Shown here: positions 9,526 through 18,530 of the stretch, one piece after another
Layout: the number at the start of each line of letters is the position of its first letter
Numbering within the stretch: position 1 is the first letter of the stretch
Assembly: GCA_002255365.1 (NCBI GenBank)
Contig: NCBI01000003.1
Coordinates: forward strand, 71,495 to 135,494
Direction of reading: 5' to 3'
DNA from: Chromatiales bacterium 21-64-14
GTDB taxonomy: Bacteria > Pseudomonadota > Gammaproteobacteria > 21-64-14
Length of the DNA stretch: 64,000 nt
Position numbers and translations under genes: made by a program
Notes under the pieces: generated by a model
Databases searched by the model: none
Told to the model about the DNA's origin: nothing
What the model saw: the letters and a program-made list of their open reading frames with translations, nothing else

Positions 9526-10185
9526 ATGACACCGGAACGCTATGAACGACTGCGCGCCGTGCTCGACCGGCGTCAGCCGGACCTGACGGTGCTGCTGGAC
9601 CGGGTGCATAAACCCCACAACCTCTCGGCGGTGCTGCGCACCTGCGACGCGGTAGGGATCTGGGAGGCGCACGGTGTTCATGCCGGCGGCGGCATCACCG
9701 CCCACGACGCCACTTCGGCCAGCAGCGGCAAGTGGGTGCGGTTGCGGATCCATTCGAGCCTGGCGGATGCCTACGCGGTGTTGCGCACCCAGGGCGTCCA
9801 GGTGCTCGCCGCGCACCTCTCGGGGCGTGCGCGGGACTTCCGCACCGTGGACTACACGGCACCCACCGCGATCGTGCTCGGCGCCGAGAAATACGGCGTG
9901 AGTCCGGAGGGCGCGGAACACGCGGACGCGCACATCGTGATCCCGATGCTCGGCATGGTGCCGTCGCTGAACGTTTCGGTGGCGGCCGCCGTGATCCTGT
10001 TCGAGGCCCAGCGCCAACGGGCCGCAGCGGGTCTGTACGACACGCCACGACTGGACCCGGGGCTCTACGCCCGCACCCTGTTCGAATGGGGCTACCCCGA
10101 GATCGCCGAACACTGCCGGCAGCGCGGTGCCGAGTACCCACCGCTCGGCGCGGACGGCGCCATTCTCGGACCGCTGCCGCGCTGA
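9526..10185 (+). CDS. SpoU/TrmH-family tRNA/rRNA 2'-O-ribose methyltransferase
   Basis: SPOUT motifs (HNLSAVLRTCDA, IVLGAEKYGVS, IPMLGMVPSLNVSVAAAV). Divergent from spoT, whereas E. coli spoT-trmH are co-directional. Confidence 0.75.
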   Translation: MTPERYERLRAVLDRRQPDLTVLLDRVHKPHNLSAVLRTCDAVGIWEAHGVHAGGGITAHDATSASSGKWVRLRIHSSLADAYAVLRTQGVQVLAAHLSGRARDFRTVDYTAPTAIVLGAEKYGVSPEGAEHADAHIVIPMLGMVPSLNVSVAAAVILFEAQRQRAAAGLYDTPRLDPGLYARTLFEWGYPEIAEHCRQRGAEYPPLGADGAILGPLPR

Positions 10186-10279
10186 AGCGCACCGGCCACT
10201 GTCGCCGCCACGCCGCACACGCGCTACACTCGCGCGCTCCGGGGCACCGCGTCCAACCTGCAGGGCACCCGCATCACCG

Positions 10280-11437
10280 ATGAAACTCCCCGTCACCGTC
10301 CTGCTGCTCGGTACCGTCAGCTTCCTGAACGATGTCGCCAGCGACATGATCATGCCGCTGCTGCCGGTGTTCCTGTCCGTCACCCTGGGCGCCGGGCCCG
10401 CCGCCATCGGCCTGATCGAGGGTCTGTCCGAGGCCGCGGTCAGCCTGCTCAAGTTGTGGTCGGGGCGGCTCGGGGACCAGGGCGTGGGACACAAGCGCCT
10501 CGCGGTGCTGGGTTATTCCATCTCCAACGCGCTGCGCCCCCTGTTGGGCCTGGTGGCGAGTTGGGAAGCGGCGCTGTTGCTGCGCGTGGGGGACCGGGTC
10601 GGCAAGGGGATTCGCACCGCACCCCGCGATGCCCTGCTCTCCGCATCGGTCCCCGGCCCGCTGCGTGGCCGGGCCTTCGGGCTGCACCGCTCCATGGACC
10701 ACGGCGGCGCGATGCTGGGTCCGTTGCTGGCGAGCGCGCTGCTGGCGCTGGGGCTCGGCATGCGCGACGTGTTCCTGGCCTCAGTGGTCCCCGGCGTCCT
10801 GGCGGTGCTGTTGCTGGCCTTCGGCCTGCGCGCGGATCAACCGGCGCCGCGCCGCGCGCTACCGGCACTGCGCTGGGCGCAGCTGCAACCGCGCCTGCGC
10901 GCCCTGGTCGTGGGCGCCGGGGCGCTGGCCCTGGTAGCGGTACCCGATGCGTTCCTGATCCTGTGGTTGAGCCACGCCGGCGTCACGCTGTTCTGGATCC
11001 CGCTGATGTGGTCCCTGGCCCATGGCGTGCGCGCCGCGGTGGCCCTGCCGGCAGGCCGCTGGTCGGACCGCGCGGGACGGATCCCGGTGTTGGTCACCGG
11101 CTGGAGCGCCCGCGCGCTGATCCTGTTCACGGTACCGTGGGTCACGCATCAGGCGGCGGTGCTGCTGCTGTTTCTGGCCTATGCCGGCGCCACCGCCGCC
11201 ACCGAGGGCGCCGAGCGAGCGCTGATCGGCGATGAGGCGGACCCGCAGAGCAAGGGCAGCGCGTTCGGGCTCTATTACATGACCGTGGGGATCCTGGCGC
11301 TGCCCGGCGCGCTGTGGTTCGGCCTGCTCTGGCAGTACCGCGGGATGGGCGCCGCGTTCACCGTCTCCGGGGGGCTCACCCTGGTAGCGGCGGGGATCCT
11401 GGCGTACCTGGCGCGGCGGGTACGGACCCCGGACTGA
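10280..11437 (+). CDS. MFS transporter
   Basis: 12-TM layout and an MFS signature (GRLGDQGVGHKRL). Start taken at the internal ATG (MKLPVTVLL); the upstream part of the ORF is R/P-rich. Confidence 0.75.
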   Translation: MKLPVTVLLLGTVSFLNDVASDMIMPLLPVFLSVTLGAGPAAIGLIEGLSEAAVSLLKLWSGRLGDQGVGHKRLAVLGYSISNALRPLLGLVASWEAALLLRVGDRVGKGIRTAPRDALLSASVPGPLRGRAFGLHRSMDHGGAMLGPLLASALLALGLGMRDVFLASVVPGVLAVLLLAFGLRADQPAPRRALPALRWAQLQPRLRALVVGAGALALVAVPDAFLILWLSHAGVTLFWIPLMWSLAHGVRAAVALPAGRWSDRAGRIPVLVTGWSARALILFTVPWVTHQAAVLLLFLAYAGATAATEGAERALIGDEADPQSKGSAFGLYYMTVGILALPGALWFGLLWQYRGMGAAFTVSGGLTLVAAGILAYLARRVRTPD

Positions 11438-11490
11438 GCGGGCGTTCGGAATCCGCGCAACGGGGGAATGGGCGGCCGGGGGAGCCCGGG

Positions 11491-13446
11491 TCAGGCGCCG
11501 CTGTCCCCCAGTGCGCGGGCGGCGCCGCGGCGCTGGTAGAGGAACACCCCGATCCCCAACGCCAACAGCAGCGCCTGGGCCGCCAGGGTCTGGGCGGTGG
11601 GATAGATCCCGAGCACGCTGATCCTGGGGAACGCCACCGGATACGCGGGCAGCTTGCCCGCCTCCTGCAAGGCGGCGATCCCATGGCCCACGAAGACCAC
11701 CGCCAGGACGTAGAGCAGCACCGCGTTGACGTTGAAGAACAGGCGCAGCGGCAGACGCACGCTGTAGCGGAAGATCAGCCACCCGAGCACCGCCAGTGCC
11801 ACGGCGCCGCTCGCCACGCCCGCCCACAGCGGACCGGCGGTACCAGGACCGGCCTGCAACCACAGCGCTTCGTAGAACAGCACCGTCTCGAACACCTCCC
11901 GGTAGACCGCAAGGAACGCGATGAACCCCAGGGCCCACAGGGTGCGCCCCCGCAGCGCGCTGTGGATGCGCTCCTCCACAAACTGGCGCCAGCGCTGGGC
12001 ATGGGTCTTGCCGTGCAGCCAGAAGCCCACGTACAGCAACACCGCGGCGGCGATCAGGGCGGTCACCCCTTCGGTGAGTTCGCGGCTCGCGCCGCTGATA
12101 CCGATCACATAGGACGACACCCCCCAAGTGGCGAAGCCCAGCGCCAGGGCCAGGATCCAGCCCAGATGGAAGTAACGCAACGCGTCGCGGCGCTCGGTGC
12201 GGATCAGGGTGGCGGCGATCGCCGCCAGCACCAGGATCGCCTCCAGGCCTTCCCGCAGCAGAATAATCAGGGCGCTCGCAAAGGCCATAGCCGGGGATAG
12301 CTCGGTGGATTGCATGCGCGCGCGGGCCTCGGAAAGCAGGCCGGTGAGACGCCGATACTGCGCCTCCACCTGCTCCAAGGGCGCCCGGGACTGCAGCAGA
12401 TGGCGGTACGCCATCATCTGGCCCTCGATGCGGGTGACCAGGGCCGGATCCACCGCCCGCAGCCCCGATTCCACCAGTTCGAAGCCGTCCAGATAGGCGG
12501 ACAACGCCCGGTCGTAGGCCCCCTGCGCATCCCCCGCCCGGTAGCGTGCCACGCTCTCGGCCAGGCGTTGACCGGCAAGGTCGAAGGGCGAGCCGCGCGT
12601 GGCCAGCACTTGGGGCGCGTTGCGCAGATAACTCAACAGGGCGCTCCCATCGGCCCCGTAGTGCTGGCGGGCCTGTGTCGGCGTGAGTTGGGTCACGGCC
12701 TTCAGTTCGGAGATCATCCGCGTCGCCGGGTCCTGCCACAGGACCGCGCCGCGCGCCCGCTCGGCGTCGCTGGCAAGGAAATCACTGACGTAGAACGCCA
12801 GGTCCCAGCGCTGCGCATCGGTCAAACGGTCGAAGCCGGTCATCGCGGTGCCGGTCACGCCCAGGCCGATAGTGCCATAGAGGCCATAGACGCTGCGCTG
12901 GTCCTGCCGGAGCGGATCATGAAAGTTCGTGGGCGGGGGCGTCAACCCGGCGGCGGCAGGCCCATCGCCACGGCCTTCGGCCCCGTGACAAGCCGCGCAG
13001 TTCGCGCGATAGAGCACCGCGCCGGCCGCCGGGTCCGGGGTACGCCGCGGGGCCACCACCACTGCGTAATGCTCGATGAGCGCCGCGCGCATCCGCACCG
13101 TCATGGCCTGTACCGCGCGGCCCGGGGCACGGGCCGCGATCAACCGCTGCAGGGCCTGGGCATCGCGCACCAGGGCGGCACGCGCCGGGCGTTCGGGCAG
13201 CAAGGCGGTCTGGCGCACCACCTGCTGGGCAAACTCCTGCTGCTCGGCGTACTCCGATGGATCGACCACCGCGCCATCGCGCACCGTGGCGCCGTAGTCG
13301 ACGCCCAGATAATCCAGGGCATGGAGGATCGCCTCGGGCTCCTGCCCGCCCAGGGCCGGAAGCGCCCAGACCCACAGGCACAACAGCCCCAGCAGCGGCC
13401 CAGCCCCCCGCCGCGCGCCACACCCCCCGGTATTTTCCATCCCCAT
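11491..13446 (-). CDS. Cytochrome c domain fused to an FTR1-family iron permease
   Basis: Signal peptide, then a periplasmic domain with a CAACH heme-binding motif, then a 7-TM FTR1 permease with two REXXE motifs (REGLEAIL and REVFETVL). Confidence 0.8.
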   Translation of the reverse strand: MGMENTGGCGARRGAGPLLGLLCLWVWALPALGGQEPEAILHALDYLGVDYGATVRDGAVVDPSEYAEQQEFAQQVVRQTALLPERPARAALVRDAQALQRLIAARAPGRAVQAMTVRMRAALIEHYAVVVAPRRTPDPAAGAVLYRANCAACHGAEGRGDGPAAAGLTPPPTNFHDPLRQDQRSVYGLYGTIGLGVTGTAMTGFDRLTDAQRWDLAFYVSDFLASDAERARGAVLWQDPATRMISELKAVTQLTPTQARQHYGADGSALLSYLRNAPQVLATRGSPFDLAGQRLAESVARYRAGDAQGAYDRALSAYLDGFELVESGLRAVDPALVTRIEGQMMAYRHLLQSRAPLEQVEAQYRRLTGLLSEARARMQSTELSPAMAFASALIILLREGLEAILVLAAIAATLIRTERRDALRYFHLGWILALALGFATWGVSSYVIGISGASRELTEGVTALIAAAVLLYVGFWLHGKTHAQRWRQFVEERIHSALRGRTLWALGFIAFLAVYREVFETVLFYEALWLQAGPGTAGPLWAGVASGAVALAVLGWLIFRYSVRLPLRLFFNVNAVLLYVLAVVFVGHGIAALQEAGKLPAYPVAFPRISVLGIYPTAQTLAAQALLLALGIGVFLYQRRGAARALGDSGA

Positions 13447-13462
13447 ACGCCCCCTAAACGTA

Positions 13463-13485
13463 AATAATAATCATTCTCAATTATA
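13463..13485. promoter_or_regulatory. Candidate Fur box overlapping a TATATAAT -10 element upstream of the cytochrome c-FTR1 gene
   Basis: On the minus strand: ccgTATATAATtGAGAATGATTATTATTTACgtttAGGGGGcgtATG. The 19-mer GAGAATGATTATTATTTAC matches the Fur consensus GATAATGATAATCATTATC at 14 of 19 positions. It sits in an AT-rich island. Confidence 0.45.
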
Positions 13486-13579
13486 TACGGATCAGGGAGG
13501 GACTCAAGCAGTATTGATCCCCGCAAGGCCGCCGCCGGGCCGCGCCGCGGCCCAAACCGCGAGCCAGCCGGCGGCGGCC

Positions 13580-14236
13580 TCAGTCCTCCGACAGGAGGTA
13601 GACGCGTTCTTCCATGCGGCTCAGGCCACGCTCGCGGAACCGCGGGTTGTCCGCAAGAGCGTCCCGGGCATCCAGTTGCCGCACGGTGAACCGGTCCCGG
13701 TACAGCGCGTGCACCTCGGCGTCGCGGACCGGAAACGGCGGGCCGTCGAGTTCCGCGGGGTTGTAGTCCAGCGTGATCAACAGCCCCCGGGCGGGCGCGG
13801 GCAATAACCGGGTAAGGTGCGCGCCGTAGCGCTCGCGCATCGCCGGCGGCAGTGCGATCAGAGACGCCCGGTCGTAGAACGCCGATACGCCGTTCAGGTC
13901 GCCGGGCTCCAGATCGAAGAAGTCGCCGCACAGGATGCGGATCGGCGGGTGTTCCCACAGCTCGAAGCGGCCCTGTACCCGGCGCACCGGGCGCAACCCG
14001 CGCTCATCGAAGAACGTCTCCACCGCCAGCGGGCTCAGTTCCACGCCCAGTGCCGCATGGCCCTGCTGAGCGAACCATTGCACGTCCAGGCTCTTGCCGC
14101 ACAGGGGCACGAACACCGTCGCGCCCGGTGCCAACGCGAGTTCCGGCGCGTAGCGCACCAATTGAGGATTCACCTGATCGAGGTGAAACCCGGTCTGCTG
14201 ATCACGCCAACGCTGGCGCCAGAATTCCGGTTCCAT
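13580..14236 (-). CDS. tpm: Thiopurine S-methyltransferase (Tpm family)
   Basis: MEPEFWRQRWRDQQTGFH N-terminus and SAM-binding LVPLCGKSLD; 218 aa, typical of bacterial TPMT. Confidence 0.85.
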   Translation of the reverse strand: MEPEFWRQRWRDQQTGFHLDQVNPQLVRYAPELALAPGATVFVPLCGKSLDVQWFAQQGHAALGVELSPLAVETFFDERGLRPVRRVQGRFELWEHPPIRILCGDFFDLEPGDLNGVSAFYDRASLIALPPAMRERYGAHLTRLLPAPARGLLITLDYNPAELDGPPFPVRDAEVHALYRDRFTVRQLDARDALADNPRFRERGLSRMEERVYLLSED

Positions 14237-14746
14237 GCCGTCTCCTTCCCAAACAGAAAACCCAACACGCAGACTACACTATGCGGATCTTACGTGGGTC
14301 AATTCTCTATTGCGCGATTGCACGACCCGTGCCCCAGTCCACCGCTCTTCCCAGCAGGGTGGCATGCGGCGTTGCAGACCCGGCTGCGGTGCTCATGATA
14401 CTGCGTGTAAACCGCGCTCCTCGCGGGGTCCGCGCCGTGCCTGAACACCCGATTCGCGATCTTGAGATAGGTTCGCCGTAATTTTCTTATGCTGCGGTCC
14501 TTGGAGCAGGAAGCAAAAACCGAAGGCCCAGATCACGACCGCCCCCCGAGGCGCAGGTCTCAGTCCGTTACTGGAGAACACCGGTCCCAAGCATCCCGCT
14601 GCGCCACACCACACCAGCCCCGGCGCGTGTTGCGCACCGCCGAGGAAGCCAGTATCTTCGTTTCAGTTCCTTCCAGCATGGGCGTAACGCGTAGCGCAGT
14701 GCGGGCCGCAACCCGCACGCACCGCTCAACGGCCGGGCGCACCGGG

Positions 14747-15841
14747 ATGTTTCGGGACCAGACCATGCCCTATTTCACCCAACGCTACCATCCCCCCGGC
14801 ACGCCTCCGGGAACCTTGGGACCAGACACCCCCAGCGCGACCGCGCGGTGCGTGATACGGGTGGTCCACTACAACACATCAGAGCTCAGCGACGAATCCC
14901 TCACAACCGCGGACCAACGGATCCGCGAGCATCCGCAGGACATGATTACCTGGATCCACGTGCAAGGGCCGGCGGACACCACCACCCTGCAGCAATTGCG
15001 CGACGCCTACGACCTGCACCCACTGGCCATCGAGGATGTATTCAACTCCGAACAGCGCCCGAAACTGGATGCCTATGACCACCAGCTGTTCATCGTGATG
15101 AACCTACCCATGCTGCGCGAAGGCGTGGTGGTAACCGAGCAGGTCAGCCTGTTCCTCGGACGTGACTACGTCCTCAGCTTCAACAGCGGGGCCGAAGATC
15201 CGTTCGAACCGGTCCGCAAGCGGCTCCAGGGCGGCGCCAGCGCCCTGCGTACCCACCCGGCGGACTACCTGCTGTACGCACTGTTGGACACTACCATCGA
15301 CCATGGGTTTCCGTCGTTGGAAGCACTCGGGGAGAAACTCGAGCGGGTGGAGGAGGAACTGCTGCTCAAGCCGGACCAGAGCACCCTGCGGGACATCCAT
15401 CGGATCAAGCACGAGCTACTACTGCTGCGCCGGATGCTGTGGCCGCAACGCGAAGTCCTGAACACGCTGCTGCGCGATTCCCATCCGCTGATACGGACTG
15501 AGACCAAGCTGTACTTGCGTGACTGCTATGACCACACTATCCAGATCATGGACCTGCTCGAAACCTACCGTGACATGGCCAGCGGAATGATCGACGTATA
15601 CCTCTCCACCGTGAGCAATCGCCTCAACGACGTCATGCGCGTACTGACGATCATTGCCACGATCTTCATACCACTGACATTCATTACGGGCGTATACGGC
15701 ATGAATTTCGGTAACAATACCAAAAGTCCATGGGCGATGCCGGAACTCAATTGGTATTACGGGTATCCACTGATCTGGCTGGTGCTGATCACGGTCGCCG
15801 TATTGCTGCTGGTCATCTTCAAACGCAAGCGCTGGTTCTGA
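14747..15841 (+). CDS. corA: Magnesium/cobalt transporter CorA
   Basis: A C-terminal pair of TM helices with the YGMNF signature, plus a long cytoplasmic N-domain. The start is either the ATG at 14747 or the one at 14765. About 500 nt of untranslated sequence lies upstream. Confidence 0.85.
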   Translation: MFRDQTMPYFTQRYHPPGTPPGTLGPDTPSATARCVIRVVHYNTSELSDESLTTADQRIREHPQDMITWIHVQGPADTTTLQQLRDAYDLHPLAIEDVFNSEQRPKLDAYDHQLFIVMNLPMLREGVVVTEQVSLFLGRDYVLSFNSGAEDPFEPVRKRLQGGASALRTHPADYLLYALLDTTIDHGFPSLEALGEKLERVEEELLLKPDQSTLRDIHRIKHELLLLRRMLWPQREVLNTLLRDSHPLIRTETKLYLRDCYDHTIQIMDLLETYRDMASGMIDVYLSTVSNRLNDVMRVLTIIATIFIPLTFITGVYGMNFGNNTKSPWAMPELNWYYGYPLIWLVLITVAVLLLVIFKRKRWF

Positions 15842-15856
15842 GCCGCCGGCATCCCC

Positions 15857-18520
15857 ATGCAAAACCCACAGTCATCCACGCCGGCCGGGCAGAAGAGCGA
15901 AGAACCCGGACACGAATCGGTGCCCGGCACCCTCCAATGGGTACGGCGCATCCTGCCTGCCGTTTTTCTGCTGCTGATGGTGACCCTCAGCTGGCGGGAG
16001 CTGCGTACCATCAATATCCACGCGCTGCGCGCCAGCGTGCATGCGGTGCCGTTCTCGACCCTGCTGGCGCTCCAACTGTTCGGCATCGTCGGCGTACTGG
16101 CCATGACCCTCTACGACTGGCGGCTGTGCCATTGGATGGCGATCCCACTCCCGTTCCGCCGCCTGCTGCGCTACACATGGGTCGCCAACACCTTTAACAA
16201 CCTGCTGGGGGTCTCCGGGCTCGCGGGATCGGGCATCCGCTTCCTGCTGCTGTCGCGCGAAGGCGTGGAACCGAAAATCGCGGCGGTCTATTCCGGGACC
16301 CTGCTGCTGTCGGTGGCGGTGGGCTTGTCGGTATTGGTATGGCCGGTCCTGCTCTTCGGAGGCAGCGCGGTGGCGGCGATCCCGGCACCGCAGTGGCTGA
16401 TCCACCTGATCCTGCTGCTGATCGCCGCTTTTCTGCCCCTGTATCTGCTGCTCACGGGCAACAGCTTCCTGCACCAGCGCCTGTTCCGCATGCCGCCGAC
16501 TCTGGGACCGGCGCGCCAAGCGCAGCTCATCGCCATTTCCACGGTCGATTGGCTGCTGGCCATGACCGTGGCCTGGAGTTGCCTGTGGGTAGGCGGCGCC
16601 CAGGTTGAGCTCCTAGCCTTCGTAGTACCATTCTGTCTGGCGGCGACCCTTGGCGTATTCAGCCTGATCCCGGGGGGCCTGGGGGTCTTTGACGCCACGT
16701 TGTTACTGACCCTGAGCAGCCTGCAACTCCCGAGCGAAGCGGTGCTGACCGGGATTTTACTGTTCCGGCTGGTGTATTACGTGGTGCCCTGGATCATCGC
16801 TCTCTATGTGGGAGCGGGCCTGCTGGTCACTCGCGACAATGCCCTGCTGGCCAGGCTCGCGCGCACCTGGCAGGAGAATATACTGCTCAGCCTTATCCGC
16901 CTGCCGCTCTCCCTGCTGTCCGCGCTGGGGGTGCGCGTCATGGGCTACCTGACCTTCGGCGCCGGCACTATCCTGCTGGTATCGGCCGCCTTCCCCACCC
17001 TTAAGGACCGGCTCGCCGTGCTGCACCGCTACGTGCCGCTGCCCGCCATCGAGGCCTCCCATCTCTTGTCGGTGGGCATGGGGGTACTACTGATCGCCCT
17101 CTCGCGCGGCATCGCCGATCAGGTGCGGGGCGCGTACCGGCTTGCGATGGTACTGCTGCTCGGCGGCGCGCTGCTCAGCCTGGCAAAGGGATTCGACTTC
17201 GAAGAGACCGTAGCGCTCGGCGTGATCGCCGGGTTGCTGTGGATACGCAGACGCGATTTCTACCGTACCAGCTACCCATTGCTCAGCGTGCACAGCATCT
17301 ACTGGTTGGCTGCTCTTTTGGTCGCCATTACCGGCTACGCGCTGCTCGGTGCATGGGTCCACGGTGACCAGTTGTTCCACGAGTCCTTGTGGCTGCGTTT
17401 TGCACCTGGACTCGAAGCCCCGAGGTTTTTGCGCTCGGTTTTGTTCGCGGCATTGGTAGCACTGGCATTCATGGCCTGGACGCTGTTCCGGATGCCGGGC
17501 CCACGCCTGGCGCTGCCAGACCGCGAAGGCCTCCAACGGGCTCGGGAGTTTCTAGAGCGCCACGGCGGGAACAACTTTGCCCATCTTATATTCATGGGTG
17601 ACAAATATCTGTTTCCCTCCAGCGATCAGCGCACGTTGATCCAATTCGGGCGTATCCGCGATCGCCTGGTAGCACTCGGTGATCCAAACGGCGATGCGGA
17701 TTCGATGGACAAAGCGATCATGGAATTCCGTATCTTCGCCGACCGACATGATCTGGCACCGGTGTTCTATGAGGTCGGCGAGCAGCATATGCACCGCTAC
17801 CACGACAACGGATTCTCCCTGTTCAAGATCGGGGAGATGGCCTACGTGGCCACGTCGACGTTCACGTTGACCGGAAAACGCGGCGAGAACCTGCGTCACA
17901 GCGTGAAGCGCGCACAGCGCGACGGCGCCACCTTCGAACTGCTCGAACACCCTCAAAGCGAGGAGACCTGGCAGGAACTGAAGGGCATCTCCGACGCGTG
18001 GCTGAATACCCGGGGAGCGGCGGAGAAGCACTTCTCCATCGGCAACTTCAGCCGCGACTATCTGTCCTGGACCCCACTGGCAGCAGTACGATGCGGTGAG
18101 CGCCTGGTTGCCTTCGCCAACCTCGCACCGAACTACGGGCCGCCCGAGGAGATCACCGTCGACCTGATGCGCCACCTTCCCGACGCACCACCGGGAACCA
18201 TGGACCTGCTGTTCAGCAGCCTGATCGGTTACGCCCGGGATCGCGGCTACGGCTACTTCAACCTGGGCATCGCGCCCCTCAGCGGCGTCGGGCAAACCCG
18301 CTATGCGCGCCCCGATGAGAGGGTCGCCCGCCTCGCCTATGAGTACGGCAACCGCTACTACAACTATAAGGGGCTGCGCAGCTTCAAGGACAAGTTCAAT
18401 CCGGAGTGGCGCAGCGTCTATATCGCGTACCCCGTGTTTAAACCCCTCCCGGGCCTGTTGGTGGACATCGCGGCCCTGATCGCGGGAGGATACCGGCGTA
18501 TCCTTTTCAAGAGCATATGA
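15857..18520 (+). CDS. mprF: Bifunctional aminoacyl-phosphatidylglycerol synthase/flippase MprF
   Basis: 887 aa. An N-terminal flippase domain of about 14 TM segments plus a C-terminal DUF2156 lysyl/alanyl-PG synthase domain. Confidence 0.85.
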   Translation: MQNPQSSTPAGQKSEEPGHESVPGTLQWVRRILPAVFLLLMVTLSWRELRTINIHALRASVHAVPFSTLLALQLFGIVGVLAMTLYDWRLCHWMAIPLPFRRLLRYTWVANTFNNLLGVSGLAGSGIRFLLLSREGVEPKIAAVYSGTLLLSVAVGLSVLVWPVLLFGGSAVAAIPAPQWLIHLILLLIAAFLPLYLLLTGNSFLHQRLFRMPPTLGPARQAQLIAISTVDWLLAMTVAWSCLWVGGAQVELLAFVVPFCLAATLGVFSLIPGGLGVFDATLLLTLSSLQLPSEAVLTGILLFRLVYYVVPWIIALYVGAGLLVTRDNALLARLARTWQENILLSLIRLPLSLLSALGVRVMGYLTFGAGTILLVSAAFPTLKDRLAVLHRYVPLPAIEASHLLSVGMGVLLIALSRGIADQVRGAYRLAMVLLLGGALLSLAKGFDFEETVALGVIAGLLWIRRRDFYRTSYPLLSVHSIYWLAALLVAITGYALLGAWVHGDQLFHESLWLRFAPGLEAPRFLRSVLFAALVALAFMAWTLFRMPGPRLALPDREGLQRAREFLERHGGNNFAHLIFMGDKYLFPSSDQRTLIQFGRIRDRLVALGDPNGDADSMDKAIMEFRIFADRHDLAPVFYEVGEQHMHRYHDNGFSLFKIGEMAYVATSTFTLTGKRGENLRHSVKRAQRDGATFELLEHPQSEETWQELKGISDAWLNTRGAAEKHFSIGNFSRDYLSWTPLAAVRCGERLVAFANLAPNYGPPEEITVDLMRHLPDAPPGTMDLLFSSLIGYARDRGYGYFNLGIAPLSGVGQTRYARPDERVARLAYEYGNRYYNYKGLRSFKDKFNPEWRSVYIAYPVFKPLPGLLVDIAALIAGGYRRILFKSI

Positions 18521-18530
18521 GAGGCGCGAT

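Noticed and set aside
7218-9545. 775-aa ORF on the plus strand
   Set aside because: Exactly antisense to spoT. Extremely Arg/Ala/Gly/Pro-rich, with no motifs. A typical high-GC shadow ORF.
10859-13467. Several long ORFs (10859-12739 minus, 11314-12300 plus, 12310-13467 plus) over the MFS and cytochrome c-FTR1 genes
   Set aside because: Frame-shifted or antisense to well-supported genes. Their composition is Arg/Gly/Pro-dominated.
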